DNA from: Nemertoderma westbladi
Taxonomy: Eukaryota > Animalia > Xenacoelomorpha
DNA: 64,000 nt
Direction of reading: 5' to 3'
Assembly (NCBI GenBank): GCA_032718475.1
Contig: JAUCBJ010003506.1
Span: forward strand, 3,547-67,546
Positions 20,936 through 36,600 of the stretch are shown piece after piece (the first letter of the stretch is position 1; every line of letters begins with the position of its first letter). The notes under the pieces are model-generated. The model did not search any database, was not told the DNA's origin, and saw only the letters and a program-made list of their open reading frames with translations. The translations under genes and the position numbers were made by a program.

Positions 20936-21449
20936 GTAAGTACCGGTACAAAATAGGCCTAAGTTACTGATGGTGATGATGGATACTCTATTAAAACTCT
21001 ATTCCCGTTTTGTAGTACTGTATGTAAAATGGACGCAAAACACGCCTTGGCGAATTAATATCCCGCCTCAATGTTAAATTCTCAATTTAGGTTCCAGTTC
21101 CAATTCAATACGTTACAGTGGCACGTTATTTTAACCAAAACAATAAACTAAATATAATATAATAGGTTACAGTTTTATTTTTGAGAATAATCAGCTGTTA
21201 TTTGCGTCGAATTTCGAATTTATTGCGTTACCAGCCCCCCCCCCCCCCCCCCCACCTTCCCTATCTGTAAATTTGTTATACATAACATAAATCTATGTCA
21301 TAAATCTTATAAATTTAGCGGAAATTTTGGCATTGCCATTGATCTAAAGCCCCCAAACCCTCTGAAACTAACATTCAGTAGGCCTATTTCTTGGGGAGGG
21401 AGAGAAGGTTAAGTTACTTACTTTATTTTGTGTCGGACGTTTATTGCAG

Positions 21450-21594
21450 ATTTCCAGGGAACAATGGCTTTGTTGCGAACTCAGTCAATGGATCCTATAG
21501 AAATGCATTGCGCTAGAATAACTCATAAAACCGGGTTGCGACAATGGGCTCCCCAAATCAAACCAAAACCCGCCCCCAAAAAAGAGCCCGTTAG
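21450..21594 (+). CDS. CCDC33: CCDC33-like coding exon 3 (not in the ORF track)
   Basis: Acceptor ttattgcag|, phase 1 (A|AT = Asn). NFQGTMALLRTQSMDPIEMHCARITHKTGLRQWAPQIKPKPAPKKEPV resembles CCDC33 [24 protein letters not shown]. Donor AG|gtagtt (alternative CCC|gttagg at 21590). Confidence 0.82.
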
Positions 21595-21610
21595 GTAGTT
21601 AAAATTTAAA

Positions 21611-24600
21611 TATTGTTGTCTCACACTGCCATTATTATTGTCCCACACTACCATTATTATTGTCTCACACTACCATTATTATTGTCTCACACTACCATTA
21701 TAATTGTATCACACTACAGTATTTATTTGTTGTCTCGCACTAACATTACTATTGTCTCACACTACCATGAATATTGTCTCACACTACCATTATAATTGTA
21801 TAACACAACCATTATAATTGTATCACACAACCATTATAATTGTATCACACTACAGTTATTATTGTCTTACACTACCATTATTATTGTCTCACACTACCAT
21901 TATAATTGTATCACACTACAGTATTTATTGTTGTCTCGCACTAACATTGCTATTGTCTCACACTACCATGATTATTGTCTCACACTACCATTATAATTGT
22001 ATCACACAACCATTATAATTGTATCACATTACCATTATTATTGTCTCACACTACCATTATTATTGTCTCACACTACCATTATAATTGTATCACACTACCA
22101 TTATTATTGTCTCACAATACCATTATAATTGTATCACACTACAGTATTTATTGTTGTCTCGCACTAACATTACTATTGTCTCACACTACCATGATTATTG
22201 TCTCACACTACCATTATAATTGTATAACACAACCATTATAATTGTATCACACTACAGTATTTATTATTGTCTCGCACTAACATTACTATTGTCTCACACT
22301 ACCATGATTATTGTCTCACACAACCATTATAATTGTATCACATTACCATTATTATTGTCTCACACTATCATTATTATTGTCTCACACTACCATTATAATT
22401 GTATCACACTACCATTATTATTGTCTCACACTACCATTATAATTGTATCACACTACAGTATTTATTGTTGTCTCGCACTAACATTACTATTGTCTCACAC
22501 TACCATGATTATTGTCTCACACTACCATTATAATTGTATAACACAACCATTATAATTGTATCACACTACAGTATTTATTGTTGTCTCGCACTAACATTGC
22601 TATTGTCTCACACTACCATGATTATTGTCTCACACTACCATTATAATTGTATCACACAACCATTATAATTGTATCACATTACCATTATTATTGTCTCACA
22701 CTACCATTATTATTGTCTCACACTACCATTATAATTGTATCACACTATAATTATTATTGTCTCACACTACCATTATAATTGTATCACACTACAGTATTTA
22801 TTGTTGTCTCGCACTAACATTACTATTGTCTCACACTACCATGATTATTGTCTCACACTACCATTATAATTGTATCACACAACCTTTATAATTGTATCAC
22901 ACAACCATTATAATTGTATCACACTACAGTAATTATTGTTGTCTCACACTACCATTATAATTGTATCACACTACAGTATTTATTGTTGTCTCACACTAAC
23001 ATTACTATTGTCTCACACTACCATGATTATTGTCTCACACTACCATTATAATTGTATCACACAACCATTATAATTGTATCACACAACCATTATAATTGTA
23101 TCACACTACAGTTATTATTGTCTCACACTACCATTATTATTGTCTCACACTACCATTATAATTGTATCACACTACAGTATTTATTGTTGTCTCGCACTAA
23201 CATTACTATTGTCTCACACTACCATGATTATTGTTTCACACTACCATTATAATTGTATCACACAACCATTATAATTGTATCACACAACCATTATAATTGT
23301 ATCACACTACAGTAATTATTGTTGTCTCACACTACCATTATAATTGTATCACACTACAGTATTTATTGTTGTCTCGCACTAACATTACTATTGTCTCACA
23401 CTACCATTATAATTGTATCACACAACCATTATAATTGTATCACACAACCATTATAATTGTATCACACTACCATTATTATTGTCTCACACTACAATTATTA
23501 TTGTCCCACACTACCATTTGTATTGTCTCACACTATCATTATAATTGTATCACACTACAGTAATTATTGTTGTCTCGCACTACCATAAGTATTGTCTCAC
23601 ACTACCATGATTATTGTCTCACACTACCATTATAATGGTATCACATTACAGTAATTATTGTTGTCTCACACTACCATTATTTATTGTCTCACACTACCAT
23701 TATTATTATCTCACACTACCATTATTATTGCTCACACTACAATTATTATTGTCTCACATTACCATTATTATTGTCTCACACTACAATTATTATTGTCTCA
23801 CACTACCATTATAATTGTATCACACTACAGTAATTATTGTTGTCTCACACTACCATTATTTATTGTCTCACACTACCATTATTATTATCTCACACTACCA
23901 TTATTATTGCTCACACTACAATTATTATTGTCTCACATTACCATTATTATTGTCTCACACTACAATTATTACTGTCTCACACTACCATTATAATTGTATC
24001 ACACTGCTGTAATTATTGTTGTCTCGCACTGCCATTATTATTATCTCACACTACCATTATTATTGTCTCACACTACAATTATTATTGTCTCACATTACCA
24101 TTATAATTGTATCACACTACAGTAATTATTATTGTCTCACACTACCATTATTATTATCTCACACTACCATTATTATTGTCTCACACTACCATTATTATTG
24201 TCTCACACGACCATTATTATTGCTCACACTACAATTATTATTGTCTCACCCTACCATTATTATTGTCTCACACTACCATTATTATTGCTCACACTACAAT
24301 TATTATTGTCTCACACTACCATTATAATTGTATCACACTACAGTTATTATTGTTGTCTCGCAAAACCATCATTATTGCCCACAGTACAATTATTATTGTC
24401 TCACACTACCAAAATAATTGTGTCACACTACAGTAATTATTGTTGTCTCGCACTGCCATTATTATTATCTCACACTACCATTATTATTGTCTCACACTAC
24501 CATTATTATTGCTCACACTACAATTGTTATTGTCTCACATTACCATTATTATTGTATCACACTACAGTTATTATTGTTGTCTCGCAAAACCATCATTATT

Positions 24601-27600
24601 GCCCACAGTACAATTATTATTGTCTCACACTACCAAAATAATTGTGTCACACTACAGTAATTATTGTTGTCTCGCACTGCCATTATTATTATCTCATACT
24701 ACCATTATTATTGTCTCACACTACCATTATTATTGTCTCACACTACAATTATTATTGTCTCACACTACCATTATAATTGTATCACACTACCATTATTATT
24801 ATCTCACACTACCATTATTATTGTCTCACACTACCATTATAATTGTCTCGCACTACCATTATTGTTGTCTCACACTACCATTATGTATTGTCTCACACTA
24901 CCATTATTATTGTCTCACACTACCATTATAATTGTCTTACACTACCATTATTATTGTCTCACATTACCATTATTATTGTCTCACACTACCATTATAATTG
25001 TATAACACAACCATTATAATTGTATCACACAACCATTATAATTGTATCACACTACAGTTATTATTGTCTCACACTACCATTATTATTGTCTCACACTACC
25101 CTTATAATTGTATCACACTACAGTATTTATTGTTGTCTCGCACTAACATTACTATTGTCTCACACTACCATGATTATTGTCTCACACTACCATTATAATT
25201 GTATCACACAACCATTATAATTGTATCACATTACCATTATTATTGTCTCACACTACCATTATTATTGTCTCACACTACCATTATAATTGTATCACACTAC
25301 CATTATTATTGTCTCACACTACCATTATAATTGTATCACACTACAGTATTTATTGTTGTCTCGCACTAACATTACTATTGTCTCACACTACCATGATTAT
25401 TGTCTCACACTACCATTATAATTGTATCACACAACCTTTATAATTGTATTACACAACCATTATAATTGTATCACACTACAGTAATTATTGTTGTCTCACA
25501 CTACCATTATAATTGTATCACACTACAGTATTTATTGTTGTCTCGCACTAACATTACTATTGTCTCACACTACCATGATTATTGTCTCACACTACCATTA
25601 TAATTGTATCACACAACCATTATAATTGTATCACACAACCATTATAATTGTATCACACTACATTTATTATTGTCTCAAACTACCATTATTATTGTCTCAC
25701 ACTACCATTATAATTGTATCACACTACAGTATTTATTGCTGTCTCGCACTAACATTACTATTGTCTCACACTACCATGATTATTGTCTCACACTACCATT
25801 ATAATTGTATCACACAACCATTATAATTGTATCACACAACCATTATAATTGTATCACACTACAGTAATTATTGTTGTCTCACACTACCATTATAATTGTA
25901 TCACACTACAGTATTTATTGTTGTCTCGCACTAACATTACTATTGTTTCACACTACCATTATAATTGTATCACACAACCATTATAATTGTATCACACAAC
26001 CATTATAATTGTATCACACTACCATTATTATTGTCTCACACTACAATTATTATTGTCCCACACTACCATTTGTATTGTCTCACACTATCATTATAATTGT
26101 ATCACACTACAGTATTTATTGTTGTCTCGCACTAACATTACTATTGTCTCACACTACCATGATTATTGTCTCACACTACCATTATAATTGTATCACACAA
26201 CCATTATAATTGTATCACACAACCATTATAATTGTATCACACTACAGTAATTATTGTTGTCTCACAATACCATTATAATTGTATCACACTACAGTATTTA
26301 TTGTTGTCTCGCACTAACATTACTATTGTCTCACACTACCATTATAATTGTATCACACAACCATTATAATTGTATCACACAACCATTATAATTGTCTCAC
26401 ACTACCATTATTATTGTCTCACACTACCATTATAATTGTATCACACTACCATTATTATTGTCTCACACTACCATTATAATTGTATCACTCTACAGTATTT
26501 ATTGTTGTCTCGCACTAACATTACTATTGTCTCACACTACCATGATTATTGTCTCACACTACCATTATAATTGTATCACACAACCATTATAATTGTATCA
26601 CACAACCATTATAATTGTATCACACTACAGTAATTATTGTTGTCTCACACTACCATTATAATTGTATCACACTACAGTATTTATTGTTGTCTCGCACTAA
26701 CATTACTATTGTCTCACACTACCATGATTATTGTCTCACACTACCATTATAATTGTATCACACAACCATTATAATTGTATCACACAACCATTATAATTGT
26801 ATCACACTACAGTAATTATTGTTGTCTCACACTACCATTATAATTGTATCACACAACCATTATAATTGTCTCACACTACCATTATTATTGTCTCACACTA
26901 CCATTATAATTGTATCACACTACCATTATTATTGTCTCACACTACCATTATAATTGTATCACTCTACAGTATTTATTGTTGTCTCGCACTAACATTACTA
27001 TTGTCTCACACTACCATGATTATTGTCTCACACCACCATTATAATTGTATCACACAACCATTATAATTGTATCACACAACCATTATAATTGTATCACAGT
27101 ACAGTAATTATTGTTGTCTCACACTACCATTATAATTGTATCACACTACAGTATTTATTGTTGTCTCGCACTAACATTACTATTGTCTCACACTACCATG
27201 ATTATTGTCTCACACTACCATTATAATTGTATCACACAACCATTATAATTGTATCACACAACCATTATAATTGTATCACACTACAGTTATTATTGTCTCA
27301 CACTACCATTATTATTGTCTCACACTACCATTATTATTGTCTCACACTACCATTATTATTGCTCACACTACAATTATTATTGTCTCACACTACCATTATA
27401 ATTGTATCACACTACAGTTATTATTGTTGTCTCGCAAAACCATCATTATTGCCCACAGTACAATTATTATTGTCTCACACTACCAAAATAATTGTGTCAC
27501 ACTACAGTAATTATTGTTGTCTCGCACTGCCATTATTATTATCTCATACTACCATTATTATTGTCTCACACTACCATTATTATTGTCTCACACTACAATT

Positions 27601-30600
27601 ATTATTGTCTCACACTACCATTATAATTGTATCACACTACCATTATTATTATCTCACACTACCATTATTATTGTCTCACACTACCATTATAATTGTCTCG
27701 CACTACCATTATTGTTGTCTCACACTACCATTATGTATTGTCTCACACTACCATTATTATTGTCTCACACTACCATTATAATTGTCTTACACTACCATTA
27801 TTATTGTCTCACATTACCATTATTATTGTCTCACACTACCATTATAATTGTATAACACAACCATTATAATTGTATCACACAACCATTATAATTGTATCAC
27901 ACTACAGTTATTATTGTCTCACACTACCATTATTATTGTCTCACACTACCCTTATAATTGTATCACACTACAGTATTTATTGCTGTCTCGCACTAACATT
28001 ACTATTGTCTCACACTACCATGATTATTGTCTCACACTACCATTATAATTGTATCACACAACCATTATAATTGTATCACACAACCGTTATAATTGTATGA
28101 CACTACAGTAATTATTGTTGTCTCACACTACCATTATAATTGTATCACACTACAGTATTTATTGTTGTCTCGCACTAACATTACTATTGTTTCACACTAC
28201 CATTATAATTGTATCACACAACCATTATAATTGTATCACACAACCATTATAATTGTATCACACTACCATTATTATTGTCTCACACTACAATTATTATTGT
28301 CCCACACTACCATTTGTATTGTCTCACACTATCATTATAATTGTATCACACTACAGTATTTATTGTTGTCTCGCACTAACATTACTATTGTCTCACACTA
28401 CCATTATTATTGTCTCACACTACAATTATTATTGTCCCACACTACCATTTGTATTGTCTCACACTATCATTATAATTGTATCACACTACAGTATTTATTG
28501 TTGTCTCGCACTAACATTACTATTGTCTCACACTACCATGATTATTGTCTCACACTACCATTATAATTGTATCACACAACCATTATAATTGTATCACACA
28601 ACCATTATAATTGTATCACACTACAGTAATTATTGTTGTCTCACAATACCATTATAATTGTATCACACTACAGTATTTATTGTTGTCTCGCACTAACATT
28701 ACTATTGTCTCACACTACCATTATAATTGTATCACACAACCATTATAATTGTATCACACAACCATTATAATTGTCTCACACTACCATTATTATTGTCTCA
28801 CACTACCATTATAATTGTATCACACTACCATTATTATTGTCTCACACTACCATTATAATTGTATCACACTACAGTATTTATTGTTGTCTCGCACTAACAT
28901 TACTATTGTCTCACACTACCGTGATTATTGTCTCACACTACCATTATAATTGTATCACACAACCTTTATAATTGTATCACACAACCATTATAATTGTATC
29001 ACACTACAGTAATTATTGTTGTCTCACACTACCATTATAATTGTATCACACTACAGTATTTATTGTTGTCTCACACTAACATTACTATTGTCTCACACTA
29101 CCATGATTATTGTCTCACACTACCATTATAATTGTATCACACAACCATTATAATTGTATCACACAACCATTATAATTGTATCACACTACAGTATTTATTG
29201 TTGTCTCGCACTAACATTACTATTGTCTCACACTACCATGATTATTGTTTCACACTACCATTATAATTGTATCACACAACCATTATAATTGTATCACACA
29301 ACCATTATAATTGTATCACACTACAGTAATTATTGTTGTCTCACACTACCATTATAATTGTATCACACTACAGTATTTATTGTTGTCTCGCACTAACATT
29401 ACTATTGTCTCACACTACCATTATAATTGTATCACACAACCATTATAATTGTATCACACAACCATTATAATTGTATCACACTACCATTATTATTGTCTCA
29501 CACTACAATTATTATTGTCCCACACTACCATTTGTATTGTCTCACACTATCATTATAATTGTATCACACTACAGTAATTATTGTTGTCTCGCACTACCAT
29601 AAGTATTGTCTCACACTACCATGATTATTGTCTCACACTACCATTATAATGGTATCACATTACAGTAATTATTGTTGTCTCACACTACCATTATTTATTG
29701 TCTCACACTACCATTATTATTATCTCACACTGCCATTATTATTGCTCACACTACAATTATTATTGTCTCACATTACCATTATTATTGTCTCACACTACAA
29801 TTATTATTGTCTCACACTACCATTATAATTGTATCACACTACAGTAATTATTGTTGTCTCACACTACCATTATTTATTGTCTCACACTACCATTATTATT
29901 ATCTCACACTACCATTATTATTGCTCACACTACAATTATTATTGTCTCACATTACCATTATTATTGTCTCACACTACAATTATTACTGTCTCACACTACC
30001 ATTATAATTGTATCACACTGCTGTAATTATTGTTGTCTCGCACTGCCATTATTATTATCTCACACTACCATTATTATTGTCTCACACTACAATTATTATT
30101 GTCTCACATTACCATTATAATTGTATCACACTACAGTAATTATTATTGTCTCACACTACCATTATTATTATCTCACACTACCATTATTATTGTCTCACAC
30201 TACCATTATTATTGTCTCACACGACCATTATTATTGCTCACACTACAATTATTATTGTCTCACCCTACCATTATTATTGTCTCACACTACCATTATTATT
30301 GCTCACACTACAATTATTATTGTCTCACACTACCATTATAATTGTATCACACTACAGTTATTATTGTTGTCTCGCAAAACCATCATTATTGCCCACAGTA
30401 CAATTATTATTGTCTCACACTACCAAAATAATTGTGTCACACTACAGTAATTATTGTTGTCTCGCACTGCCATTATTATTATCTCACACTACCATTATTA
30501 TTGTCTCACACTACCATTATTATTGCTCACACTACAATTGTTATTGTCTCACATTACCATTATTATTGTATCACACTACAGTTATTATTGTTGTCTCGCA

Positions 30601-33600
30601 AAACCATCATTATTGCCCACAGTACAATTATTATTGTCTCACACTACCAAAATAATTGTGTCACACTACAGTAATTATTGTTGTCTCGCACTGCCATTAT
30701 TATTATCTCATACTACCATTATTATTGTCTCACACTACCATTATTATTGTCTCACACTACAATTATTATTGTCTCACACTACCATTATAATTGTATCACA
30801 CTACCATTATTATTATCTCACACTACCATTATTATTGTCTCACACTACCATTATAATTGTCTCGCACTACCATTATTGTTGTCTCACACTACCATTATGT
30901 ATTGTCTCACACTACCATTATTATTGTCTCACACTACCATTATAATTGTCTTACACTACCATTATTATTGTCTCACATTACCATTATTATTGTCTCACAC
31001 TACCATTATAATTGTATAACACAACCATTATAATTGTATCACACAACCATTATAATTGTATCACACTACAGTTATTATTGTCTCACACTACCATTATTAT
31101 TGTCTCACACTACCCTTATAATTGTATCACACTACAGTATTTATTGTTGTCTCGCACTAACATTACTATTGTCTCACACTACCATGATTATTGTCTCACA
31201 CTACCATTATAATTGTATCACACAACCATTATAATTGTATCACATTACCATTATTATTGTCTCACACTACCATTATTATTGTCTCACACTACCATTATAA
31301 TTGTATCACACTACCATTATTATTGTCTCACACTACCATTATAATTGTATCACACTACAGTATTTATTGTTGTCTCGCACTAACATTACTATTGTCTCAC
31401 ACTACCATGATTATTGTCTCACACTACCATTATAATTGTATCACACAACCTTTATAATTGTATTACACAACCATTATAATTGTATCACACTACAGTAATT
31501 ATTGTTGTCTCACACTACCATTATAATTGTATCACACTACAGTATTTATTGTTGTCTCGCACTAACATTACTATTGTCTCACACTACCATGATTATTGTC
31601 TCACACTACCATTATAATTGTATCACACAACCATTATAATTGTATCACACAACCATTATAATTGTATCACACTACATTTATTATTGTCTCAAACTACCAT
31701 TATTATTGTCTCACACTACCATTATAATTGTATCACACTACAGTATTTATTGCTGTCTCGCACTAACATTACTATTGTCTCACACTACCATGATTATTGT
31801 CTCACACTACCATTATAATTGTATCACACAACCATTATAATTGTATCACACAACCATTATAATTGTATCACACTACAGTAATTATTGTTGTCTCACACTA
31901 CCATTATAATTGTATCACACTACAGTATTTATTGTTGTCTCGCACTAACATTACTATTGTTTCACACTACCATTATAATTGTATCACACAACCATTATAA
32001 TTGTATCACACAACCATTATAATTGTATCACACTACCATTATTATTGTCTCACACTACAATTATTATTGTCCCACACTACCATTTGTATTGTCTCACACT
32101 ATCATTATAATTGTATCACACTACAGTATTTATTGTTGTCTCGCACTAACATTACTATTGTCTCACACTACCATGATTATTGTCTCACACTACCATTATA
32201 TATTGTATCACACAACCATTATAATTGTATCACACAACCATTATAATTGTATCACACTACAGTAATTATTGTTGTCTCACAATACCATTATAATTGTATC
32301 ACACTACAGTATTTATTGTTGTCTCGCACTAACATTACTATTGTCTCACACTACCATTATAATTGTATCACACAACCATTATAATTGTATCACACAACCA
32401 TTATAATTGTCTCACACTACCATTATTATTGTCTCACACTACCATTATAATTGTATCACACTACCATTATTATTGTCTCACACTACCATTATAATTGTAT
32501 CACTCTACAGTATTTATTGTTGTCTCGCACTAACATTACTATTGTCTCACACTACCATGATTATTGTCTCACACTACCATTATAATTGTATCACACAACC
32601 ATTATAATTGTATCACACAACCATTATAATTGTATCGCACTACAGTAATTATTGTTGTCTCACACTACCATTATAATTGTATCACACTACAGTATTTATT
32701 GTTGTCTCGCACTAACATTACTATTGTCTCACACTACCATGATTATTGTCTCACACTACCATTATAATTGTATCACACATTCATTATAATTGTATCACAC
32801 AACCATTATAATTGTATCACACTACAGTAATTATTGTTGTCTCACACTACCATTATAATTGTATCACACAACCATTATAATTGTCTCACACTACCATTAT
32901 TATTGTCTCACACTACCATTATAATTGTATCACACTACCATTATTATTGTCTCACACTACCATTATAATTGTATCACTCTACAGTATTTATTGTTGTCTC
33001 GCACTAACATTACTATTGTCTCACACTACCATGATTATTGTCTCACACTACCATTATAATTGTATCACACAACCATTATAATTGTATCACACAACCATTA
33101 TAATTGTATCACAGTACAGTAATTATTGTTGTCTCACACTACCATTATAATTGTATCACACTACAGTATTTATTGTTGTCTCGCACTAACATTACTATTG
33201 TCTCACACTACCATGATTATTGTCTCACACTACCATTATAATTGTATCACACAACCATTATAATTGTATCACACAACCATTATAATTGTATCACACTACA
33301 GTTATTATTGTCTCACACTACCATTATTATTGTCTCACACTACCATTATTATTGTCTCACACTACCATTATTATTGCTCACACTACAATTATTATTGTCT
33401 CACACTACCATTATAATTGTATCACACTACAGTTATTATTGTTGTCTCGCAAAACCATCATTATTGCCCACAGTACAATTATTATTGTCTCACACTACCA
33501 AAATAATTGTGTCACACTACAGTAATTATTGTTGTCTCGCACTGCCATTATTATTATCTCACACTACCATTATTATTGTCTCACACTACCATTATTATTG

Positions 33601-36600
33601 CTCACACTACAATTGTTATTGTCTCACATTACCATTATTATTGTATCACACTACAGTTATTATTGTTGTCTCGCAAAACCATCATTATTGCCCACAGTAC
33701 AATTATTATTGTCTCACACTACCAAAATAATTTTGTCACACTACAGTAATTATTGTTGTCTCGCACTGCCATTATTATTATCTCACACTACCATTATTAT
33801 TGTCCCACACTACCATTATTATTGCTCACACTACAATTATTATTGTCTCACACTACCATTATAATTGTATCACACTACCATTATTATTATCTCACACTAC
33901 CATTATTATTGTCTCACACTACCATTATAATTGTCTCGCACTACCATTATTATTGTCTCACACTACCATTATTTATTGTCTCACACTACCATTATTATTG
34001 TCTCACACTACCATTATAATTGTCTCGCACTACCATTATTATTGTCTCACACTACCATTATTTATTGTCTCACACTACCATTATTATTATCTCACACTAC
34101 CATTATTATTGTCTCACACTACAATTATTATTGTATCACACTACCATTATTATTATCTCACACTACCATTATTATTGTCTCGCACTACCATTATTATTGC
34201 TCACAGTACAATTATTATTGTCTCACACTACCATTATTTATTGTTTCACACTACCATTATTATTATCTCACACTACCATTATTATTGTCCCACACAACCA
34301 TTATTATTGCTCACACTACAATTATTATTGTATCACACTACCATTATTATTGTCTCACACTATTATTATATTTGTATCACACTACAGTAATTATTGTTGT
34401 CTGGCACTGCCATTAGTATTGTCTCACACTACCATTATTATCGTCTCACACTACCATTATTATCGTCTCACACTACCATTATAATTGTATCACTCTACCA
34501 TTATTATTGTCTCACACTATCATTATAATTGTATCACACTACAGTAATTATTGTTGTATCACACAACCATTATAATTGTATCACACTACAGTAATTATTG
34601 TTGTCTCACACTACCATTATAATTGTATCACACTACAGTATTTATTGTTGTCTCGCACTAACATTACTATTGTCTCACACTACCATGATTATTGTCTCAC
34701 ACTACCATTATAATTGTATCACACAACCATTATAATTGTATCACACAACCATTATAATTGTATCACACTACAGTAATTATTGTTGTCTCACACTACCATT
34801 ATAATTGTATCACACAACCATTATAATTGTCTCACACTACCATTATTATTGTCTCACACTACCATTATAATTGTATCACACTACCATTATTATTGTCTCA
34901 CACTACCATTATAATTGTATCACTCTACAGTATTTATTGTTGTCTCGCACTAACATTACTATTGTCTCACACTACCATGATTATTGTCTCACACTACCAT
35001 TATAATTGTATCACACAACCATTATAATTGTATCACACAACCATTATAATTGTATCACACTACAGTTATTATTGTCTCACACTACCATTATTATTGTCTC
35101 ACACTACCATTATAATTGTATCACACTACAGTATTTATTGTTGTCTCGCACTAACATTACTATTGTCTCACACTACCATGATTATTGTCTCACACTACCA
35201 TTATAATTGTATCACACAACCATTATAATTGTATCACACAACCATTATAATTATATCACACTACAGTAATTATTGTTGTCTCACACTACCATTATAATTG
35301 TATCACACTACAGTATTTATTGTTGTCTCCCACTAACATTACTATTGTCTCACACTACCATTATAATTGTATCACACAACCATTATAATTGTATCACACA
35401 ACCATTATAATTGTATCACACTACCATTATTATTGTCTCACACTACAATTATTATTGTCTCACACTACCATTTGTATTGTCTCACACTATCATTATAATT
35501 GTATCACACTACAGTAATTATTGTTGTCTCGCACTACCATTAGTATTGTCTCACACTACCATGATTATTGTCTCACACTACCATTATAATGGTATCACAC
35601 TACAGTAATTATTGTTGTCTCACACTACCATTATTTATTGTCTCACACTACCATTATTATTATCTCACACTACAATTATTATTGCTCACACTACAATTAT
35701 TATTGTCTCACATTACCATTATTATTGTCTCACACTACAATTATTATTGTCTCACACTACCATTATAATTGTATCACACTACAGTAATTATTGTTGTCTC
35801 ACACTATCATTATTTATTGTCTCACACTACCATTATTATTATCTCACACTACCATTATTATTGCTCACACTACAATTATTATTGTCTCACATTACCATTA
35901 TTATTGTCTCACACTACAATTATTACTGTCTCACACTACCATTATAATTGTATCACACTACTGTAATTATTGTTGTCTCGCACTGCCATTATTATTATCT
36001 CACACTACCATTATTATTGTCTCACACTACAATTATTATTGTCTCACACTACCATTATAATTGTATCACACTACAGTAATTATTGTTGTCTCACACTATC
36101 ATTATTTATTGTCTCACACTACCATTATTATTATCTCACACTACTATTATTATTGCTCACACTACAATTATTATTGTCTCACATTACCATTATTATTGTC
36201 TCACACTACAATTATTACTGTCTCACACTACCATTATAATTGTATCACACTACTGTAATTATTGTTGTCTCGCACTGCCATTATTATTATCTCACACTAC
36301 CATTATTATTGTCTCACACTACAATTATTATTGTCTCACACTACCATTATAATTGTATCACACTACAGTAATTATTATTGTCTCACACTACCATTATTAT
36401 TATCTCACACTACCATTATTATTGTCTCACACTACCATTATTATTGTATCACACAACCATTATAATTGTATCACACAACCATTATAATTGTATCACACTA
36501 CAGTAATTATTGTTGTCTCACACTACCATTATAATTGTATCACACAACCATTATAATTGTATCACACAACCATTATAATTGTATCACACTACAGTAATTA

